From positions 1-32,805 of IMG/VR virus record IMGVR_UViG_3300015086_000001: DNA of 32,805 bases; one strand, 5' to 3'. How positions within the stretch are numbered: position 1 is the stretch's first letter; every line of letters starts with the position of its first letter. Of this stretch, positions 27,776 through 32,805 are shown piece by piece. The translations under genes and the position numbers were made by a program. The notes beneath the pieces are model-generated. The model searched no databases. It was not told the origin of the DNA and saw only the letters and a list, made by a program, of their open reading frames with translations. This DNA is from a virus.

Positions 27776-29766
27776 TGGCTAGTGAGCTGTCTCTTATCTG
27801 GGACCTGATCGCTAAGGACAACGCGTCCTCCACGTTCAAGAAGGTCGGCGACTCGGCCGACACAGCGTCCAAGCACACCAGCAACTTCGGCACGTCGATC
27901 GCCAAGTTCTTCGGCGGCGCAGCACTGGCGGGTGCCGCTGCCGCGATTGCCGGGGTCGGGCTGGTCATCAAGACCGGTTTCGGTGAGGCGATGGACGCCT
28001 CCAAAGGCACCGCGCAGCTCGCGGCGGGGATCAAGTCCACGGGTAACGCAGCCGGGGTGTCAGTGAAGGGCCTGAACGACCTCGCGTCCAGCATCCAGGG
28101 GTACTCGGGTCAGACGGACGACAGCATCGTCAAGAGTGAGCAGATGCTCCTGACGTTCACGAACATCAAGAACAACGGGGTCGACAAGATATTCGACCAG
28201 GCCACTGTCGCGTCGGCGAACATGGCCGCGAAGTTCGGTGGTGACGCGTCCAGTAACGCGATCGTCCTCGGCAAGGCGTTGAACGACCCGGTGAAGGGCA
28301 TCACTGCGCTGACCCGGGTGGGCGTGTCGTTCACCCAGGGCCAGAAGGACTCGATCGCCGCGATGGTGAAGACGGGTGACACCGCGGGTGCGCAGAAGGT
28401 CATCCTCGGTGAGCTGAGCAAGGAGTTCGGTGGGGCCGCCAAGGCGGCTGGGGAGTCGCTGCCTGGGCAGATGGCGAAGGCGAAGCGGTCGTTCGAGGAC
28501 ATCTCACAGGCGGTGGTGACTGGGTTGATGCCGGCGTTCAGCACCGCGCTGTCGGGGATCAACAGTTTCATCCAGGGTGTCACGGCGAGCTTCAACAAGG
28601 GCGGCCTGTCGCAGGTCTTCACGGACCTTGGTGCGAAGATCAGCGCTGCCCTGCCGGGCATCAAGGCGAAGCTCGCCGAGTGGGGTAAGGCGCTCTGGGA
28701 ATGGGTCAAGGACGCTGTGCCGCCGATGCTGGTGAAGCTCGGTGAGCTGCTGACGTCGCTGGGGACATGGGTTGCGACTGTCGCGTTGCCTGCGATCGCC
28801 GCGAAACTCGTCGAGTGGGGTAAGGCGTTCGTGGAGTGGATCGTCCCGATGATCCCGCCTGTTCTGGCGAAACTCGGGGAACTGCTGGTGCAGCTCGGGA
28901 CGTGGCTGCTGACTGTGGCGCTGCCCGCGATCGGTACGAAGCTGCTGGAGTGGGGCAAGGCGTTTGTCGCATGGATCGGGCCGATGATCCCGCCTGTTCT
29001 GGTGGCACTGGGCGGGCTGCTGCTCAAGCTGGGCGGCTGGCTGCTGACGACGGCGCTGCCTGCGATCGTCGGCAAGCTTGCTGAGTGGGCGTTGGCGTTC
29101 GCGAAGTGGGTGCCGGGCGCGGCCGTGTCTCTGATCGCCGCGCTGGGCGAGCTGCTGGTGAAACTGGGTGGGTGGATCCTGACCACGGCCCTGCCGGCGA
29201 TCGTGTCCAAGCTCCTTGAATGGGCTGGGGCGTTCATCAAATGGGTTGCTAAGGCTGTCACTGACCTGCCCGCCGAGCTCGGGAAGCTGCTGAGCAAGCT
29301 CACGACCTGGGCCGGTGATGTCCCCGGGAAGATCAAGACCGCGCTCGGGAACCTCGGCACACTGCTGAAGGACGCGGGGTCGTCGCTGATCAGCGGGTTC
29401 TGGGACGGCATCAAGGCCAAGTTCGAGGAGGTCAAGACGTTCGTCGGCGGGATCGCGACGTGGATCAAGGACCACAAAGGTCCGCTCGACGTTGACCGCC
29501 AGCTCCTGATCCCGCACGGCGGGGCGATCATGGACGGGTTCAACGAGGGGCTGACGACCGGGTTCGGCAAAGTGCAGGGCAACGTCGGCAGCATGGCCGG
29601 CAGGCTGAGTATCGGCTCCCTGGACTTCGCGTCGTCCGCTGTGCGCTCCAACGCCATCAGTGGAACCTCGCGGGGTGCGACGTCGGCTGACATCGCTGAG
29701 CTTGGCGCGATCATCCGCGCACTGCCCAAGGACTACCAAATGGGTCAACGTCAGGGCGCCCGATGA
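27775..29766 (+). CDS. Tape measure protein
   Basis: 663 aa from ATG 27775 (TGATG overlap). Ala/Gly/Lys-rich and helical, with 45-aa tandem repeats. It is the longest gene of the tail module. Confidence 0.9.
   Translation: MASELSLIWDLIAKDNASSTFKKVGDSADTASKHTSNFGTSIAKFFGGAALAGAAAAIAGVGLVIKTGFGEAMDASKGTAQLAAGIKSTGNAAGVSVKGLNDLASSIQGYSGQTDDSIVKSEQMLLTFTNIKNNGVDKIFDQATVASANMAAKFGGDASSNAIVLGKALNDPVKGITALTRVGVSFTQGQKDSIAAMVKTGDTAGAQKVILGELSKEFGGAAKAAGESLPGQMAKAKRSFEDISQAVVTGLMPAFSTALSGINSFIQGVTASFNKGGLSQVFTDLGAKISAALPGIKAKLAEWGKALWEWVKDAVPPMLVKLGELLTSLGTWVATVALPAIAAKLVEWGKAFVEWIVPMIPPVLAKLGELLVQLGTWLLTVALPAIGTKLLEWGKAFVAWIGPMIPPVLVALGGLLLKLGGWLLTTALPAIVGKLAEWALAFAKWVPGAAVSLIAALGELLVKLGGWILTTALPAIVSKLLEWAGAFIKWVAKAVTDLPAELGKLLSKLTTWAGDVPGKIKTALGNLGTLLKDAGSSLISGFWDGIKAKFEEVKTFVGGIATWIKDHKGPLDVDRQLLIPHGGAIMDGFNEGLTTGFGKVQGNVGSMAGRLSIGSLDFASSAVRSNAISGTSRGATSADIAELGAIIRALPKDYQMGQRQGAR
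28666..29205 (+). repeat. Four tandem 135-bp (45-aa) repeats inside the tape measure gene, plus a partial fifth to about 29330
   Basis: Units start at 28666, 28801, 28936 and 29071. Peptide consensus: KLxEWGKAFxxWxxPMIPPVLxKLGELLxxLGxWLLTxALPAI. Confidence 0.85.
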
Positions 29767-30149
29767 CATCGGTGAGTGTGTCGTTCGGCCTGACGTGGCT
29801 GACGAACCCCGTTACCGGCGTCTCAGTGACCGCCGCGAACCCTGTCCGCTCCGGCGAAGCAGCCAAGGGTGGCGCGTTCCGCATCTACGCGGGCGGCCGG
29901 GTGCGGGTCATCACCAGCCCCGGCGACATCCGCACCTTCCCGCTCGTCATGCAGAACCTGAACGACGCGAACCTGCTGCTCCTCGACTCGTGGCGCGGGC
30001 AGGTGCTGCTGCTGCGTGACGCGTCGGGTTGGAGAAAATGGATCTCATTTTTGGATATCAAGTGGTCTGACCTGCCGGGTAGCGGCGGGATGGTCCACGA
30101 CGTGTCCCTGGTCGCTCAGGAGCTCACCGGGTACAGCGAGGCGGTGTGA
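29763..30149 (+). CDS. Minor tail protein (distal-tail-position, 128 aa)
   Basis: ATGA overlap with the tape measure gene. Synteny only. Confidence 0.65.
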   Translation: MTSVSVSFGLTWLTNPVTGVSVTAANPVRSGEAAKGGAFRIYAGGRVRVITSPGDIRTFPLVMQNLNDANLLLLDSWRGQVLLLRDASGWRKWISFLDIKWSDLPGSGGMVHDVSLVAQELTGYSEAV

Positions 30150-30152
30150 CGG

Positions 30153-31283
30153 GTGCAACTCCTCAACGCGTCTCCCAGGGACCAATTCACCGAGGCGCAG
30201 GTCACGGCACTGCTTCAGTCTGCGAGCCTTCAGGCCGATTTTGGCGTCGAACTTCTCGACGGCAACGACGTGGTCGTCTCTGACATCAGCGCGGACGTCA
30301 CCGGCGGCGAGGTCGCCCGGTCTAACTACGCGGTGATCCACGGCACCTGCAAGCTGGACATCTCCCGGGCGTTGCAGTGGGGCGCGGCTAGGGTCCGCCC
30401 GTATCAGACCCTCACTGGCGCCGGGATCACGGCACGCTGGCGGCTCGGGGTTTTCATCCTCACCACCCCTGACCGGCCGATCGGTGAAACACCAGCCACC
30501 TACCAAACAGTCGGCTACGACAAGCTGTACCTGCTGAACCAGGTCATCGGCGACGCGCACACGGAGGTTGCGGGCGCGGTCGTCCTGGATCAGGTCAAGG
30601 CTGTCATCACCGCTTCGGGTGCCGGTGGTGCGGTGCTGCTGGACTCCACGGCCGCAACTAAGACCCTCGCCTCCGACATTGTGTGGACGTTGGACGAGCA
30701 GAATCAGCCGACGTGGCTGCGGGTGGTCAACGACCTGCTGGCCACGGTCGCCTACCGGGGGTTGTGGGTGAACCAGGACGGGGCATTCTGCTCCGGGCCG
30801 TACGCCGCCCCCGCTGACAGGCCGATCGAGGCGGTGTTCAGCGCGGACGACCCGAACCTGTCCCTGGTCGGCGTGGGCCGTGTGCAGTCCCAGGATCTTT
30901 TTCCGGTCCCGAACTGGTGGCGTTTCATCTTGCGGGGCGCGGCCACTGCCGTGACTGAGGGCGCAGGGCAGTACACGTACCAGACCCCGGACGCTGACCC
31001 GAGTAGCGCGGTGTCGCTGGGGTACACGAAGCGGTCGGTGGTGTTCCTTGACGCAGCCGACCAGGCGTCCCTGGTGGCGCAGGGAACCCAGATCGTCACC
31101 AATGACCGGCAGGTCAGGCAGACCCTGAACGTGACGACCGCGCCGTGGCCTGGCGCCGGCCATTTCGACGTGTACACGTACACCGACGCTGCCATTGGCG
31201 GGTCGGTGAGGGTGCAGGAGGCGTCCTGGACGATGCCGCTGAATGGCTCCGATGTAACTCACGTTTGGGAGGTTGTGTCGTGA
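30153..31283 (+). CDS. Minor tail / tail-tip protein (376 aa)
   Basis: GTG 30153. High GC3, unlike the Arg/Pro-rich antisense ORF 30045..31355. Synteny with Tal-like proteins. Confidence 0.75.
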   Translation: MQLLNASPRDQFTEAQVTALLQSASLQADFGVELLDGNDVVVSDISADVTGGEVARSNYAVIHGTCKLDISRALQWGAARVRPYQTLTGAGITARWRLGVFILTTPDRPIGETPATYQTVGYDKLYLLNQVIGDAHTEVAGAVVLDQVKAVITASGAGGAVLLDSTAATKTLASDIVWTLDEQNQPTWLRVVNDLLATVAYRGLWVNQDGAFCSGPYAAPADRPIEAVFSADDPNLSLVGVGRVQSQDLFPVPNWWRFILRGAATAVTEGAGQYTYQTPDADPSSAVSLGYTKRSVVFLDAADQASLVAQGTQIVTNDRQVRQTLNVTTAPWPGAGHFDVYTYTDAAIGGSVRVQEASWTMPLNGSDVTHVWEVVS

Positions 31284-31459
31284 CTGGTGCCCGGACCGCG
31301 TTCGTGACTGCGGCGTCGCCGTTGACGGTGACGCTGGTCGGCTCGACGACGGCACAGCCAGCCCTGCGGGTTCTCGCGTACACCCCTGTCGTGGCCGACC
31401 GGGTTGCGGTCATTGACTTTGACGAGTCCAAGCTGCTCGTGCTCGGAAAAGTCGGCTGA
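31280..31459 (+). CDS. 59-aa minor tail-module protein
   Basis: GTGA overlap. The protein is VTGARTAFVTAASPLTVTLVGSTTAQPALRVLAYTPVVADRVAVIDFDESKLLVLGKVG. Confidence 0.55.
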   Translation: MTGARTAFVTAASPLTVTLVGSTTAQPALRVLAYTPVVADRVAVIDFDESKLLVLGKVG

Positions 31460-31671
31460 TGGCTGCGGCAGTCTGGTCGATGAATGTTGTTTCAAAGACC
31501 CGTGACACCGCAACAGGCACCGCGAAGCTCGTCGCGGACCTTCTGGACGCGGGTGTGGTTCAGGGTCACGTGACGGTGACGATCACCGCGGACCGTGGGA
31601 TGCGGTTCGACTGGACCGGGGCGCCGGGCAAGCCTGCGTTGACTGGCCTTGAGTGCTGGAGCTCGGTCTAG
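31459..31671 (+). CDS. 70-aa tail-module hypothetical protein
   Basis: TGATG overlap. The next gene starts at the base after its stop. Confidence 0.6.
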   Translation: MAAAVWSMNVVSKTRDTATGTAKLVADLLDAGVVQGHVTVTITADRGMRFDWTGAPGKPALTGLECWSSV

Positions 31672-32805
31672 ATGGCTGTCGCGTACCGCACGTCCGACTA
31701 CTCCGTGTCCCAGACAGGCACGGTCTCGGTCACCCTTACCGGCCTCACTGCCGGGGACCTGCTCCTGGCCGCGCTAACGACGGACTCCTCTGCGGCACCG
31801 TCCACGCCGTCCGGGTGGTCGCAGCTCTTTGAGACGTCACCCTATGCAGGCGGCGGGCTGCAGAAGGTGTGGTCGAAGGTTGCGACTGCGACCTCGGAGA
31901 CGTTCACGTCGTCGTTCAACCCACTCGATGCAGTGCTGATCGTCTCGGCGTACTCCGGTGGCGCGCAGGTTGTCGCCAGCGGCGTCTCCAGCGGTGGGCC
32001 GGTGGCGGCAGGATCTAGGTCTGCGCCTTCGGTGACGGCCCCGTACTCCGGTGTGGTCGTCAGGGTCTTCTCCGACTATGGCAGCGCAGGGTCGGGTTCC
32101 TCGCTGCCTGCGACGACCCGTCAGAGCCAGAACGAGTATCAGGCGTGGGAAGGGCTGACTGACGCGGTCCAGGCTGCGGCGGGCGCGACCGGGGCGCTCA
32201 GCGCCTATCTGGGCGCGGGCGGCTGGGTTGCGTCGACGATCGTGCTGGTCCCCAACCGTGCCCCGAACGCCCCGACCCTGACCAGCCCGCCCACCGGCAG
32301 CACCCTGGACCGGGCGGTGACGCAGCGGTTCGCGCTCACGTTCTCCGACCCTGACACGGGCGACTCCCAGAGTGCGCTGAGCATCCGGTACCGGTTGGGT
32401 GCCGGCGCGTGGGTCACCGTCAACGACACCACGCCGAACGGGTTCCACGACTTCGCCCCTGGGTTCTTCGCTGCGGGCTCGTGGGAGTGGCAGGCGCAGA
32501 CCACAGACCAAGGTTCGCCCGCCTTGACGGGGCCCCTGTCCGCCAGCAGCTTCTTCACGGCTGCCGACTCCCCTGGCGTGCCGTCGATCACGGCCCCCAC
32601 CAGTGGGTCCACGGTCAACGCCACCGGGTCGGTCACCTGGTCGGTCACCACCCAGACCTCCTACCAGGTCCGGAAAGTCGCGGACCTCGCCGGGGCCGCC
32701 GACCCCACCAACATCTACTACGACACCGGTGAGGTCGTCGACACAGCAACCCGCACCCTGGCCCTCACCTACCCCGTCAACAACCGTTACGACCACCTGC
32801 AGGTC
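31672..32805 (+). CDS. Minor tail protein with FN3-like repeats, 5-prime part (continues at 128..457 after collapsing the overlap; 487 aa in total)
   Basis: ATG 31672 immediately follows TAG 31669-31671. The frame is open to the window end (absent from the ORF track because there is no stop in the window). It contains repeated PxxPTLTSP..W.W and APTSGSTV..VTWS strands. Confidence 0.8.
   Translation, partial: MAVAYRTSDYSVSQTGTVSVTLTGLTAGDLLLAALTTDSSAAPSTPSGWSQLFETSPYAGGGLQKVWSKVATATSETFTSSFNPLDAVLIVSAYSGGAQVVASGVSSGGPVAAGSRSAPSVTAPYSGVVVRVFSDYGSAGSGSSLPATTRQSQNEYQAWEGLTDAVQAAAGATGALSAYLGAGGWVASTIVLVPNRAPNAPTLTSPPTGSTLDRAVTQRFALTFSDPDTGDSQSALSIRYRLGAGAWVTVNDTTPNGFHDFAPGFFAAGSWEWQAQTTDQGSPALTGPLSASSFFTAADSPGVPSITAPTSGSTVNATGSVTWSVTTQTSYQVRKVADLAGAADPTNIYYDTGEVVDTATRTLALTYPVNNRYDHLQV
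32679..32805. repeat. Second copy of the 127-bp terminal duplication
   Basis: Identical to 1..127. Confidence 0.95.

Noticed and set aside
28110-29769. Very long antisense ORFs (539 aa and 421 aa) opposite the tape measure gene
   Set aside because: Their composition is Arg/Pro/Ser/Ala-rich with no gene context. This is typical of stop-codon-poor alternative frames in GC-rich DNA. The + strand frame has the GC3 bias, the repeats and the synteny of a tape measure gene.
30045-31355. 436-aa minus-strand ORF opposite the tail-tip gene
   Set aside because: Same GC-frame artefact (Arg/Pro/Gly-rich). The + strand gene is coupled to its neighbours and has normal composition.
31837-32796. 319-aa minus-strand ORF opposite the FN3 tail gene
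   Set aside because: GC-frame artefact (Gly/Arg/Pro-rich). The + frame continues across the circular junction into a coherent FN3-type protein.
1-32805. Search for tRNA, CRISPR repeats, a reverse transcriptase/DGR and retron-like elements
   Set aside because: I found no T-loop-like GGTTCGAATCC contexts with cloverleaf partners, no regularly spaced direct repeats of 25-40 bp, and no YxDD-type RT ORF. The tail-fibre repeats are protein-domain repeats, not template/variable repeat pairs.

Overview
This window is a G+C-rich, actinobacterial-type genome of a temperate siphovirus-like phage. It appears complete and circularly closed. Bases 1-127 are identical to 32679-32805, so the unique length is 32,678 bp and one tail gene runs across the window ends.

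Layout:
- Tail tip and fibre genes: 29763-32805, continuing to 457, then 475-2196.
- Lysis cassette: 2379-4377, with two membrane proteins, an amidase endolysin and a holin.
- Accessory and lysogeny island, about 4400-9700. It holds three tyrosine recombinases (4619-5524 +, 6578-7387 +, 8403-9251 -) and a terminator-insulated Trp/Cys-rich 213-aa gene. It also holds a leftward repressor-integrase operon with small cargo genes.
- Divergent switch region (9586-9704), then a roughly 330-bp structured non-coding stretch (10201-10534).
- A 423-aa HTH plus zinc-ribbon protein (possible initiator), followed by an antisense DUF4258-like toxin gene.
- A chain of start/stop-overlapping small early genes (12398-17546).
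- HNH endonuclease, a cos-like region, TerS/TerL, portal, prohead protease, HK97-type capsid, connectors, major tail protein, chaperones and tape measure.

I found no tRNA, rRNA, CRISPR array or reverse transcriptase.

The most unusual signals are:
1. A 10-13 nt asymmetric sequence (GCTGACCGTGAAG) sits 7-16 nt inside the 5-prime ends of four consecutive early genes and is written in rare codons. Reverse-complement copies lie in the lysis-operon 3-prime UTR and one other intergenic region.
2. Three tyrosine recombinases occur in one small phage genome, each with its own candidate site.
3. The large structured non-coding region lies upstream of the only replication-initiator candidate.

All functional calls rest on motif recognition by eye. 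No database search was run.
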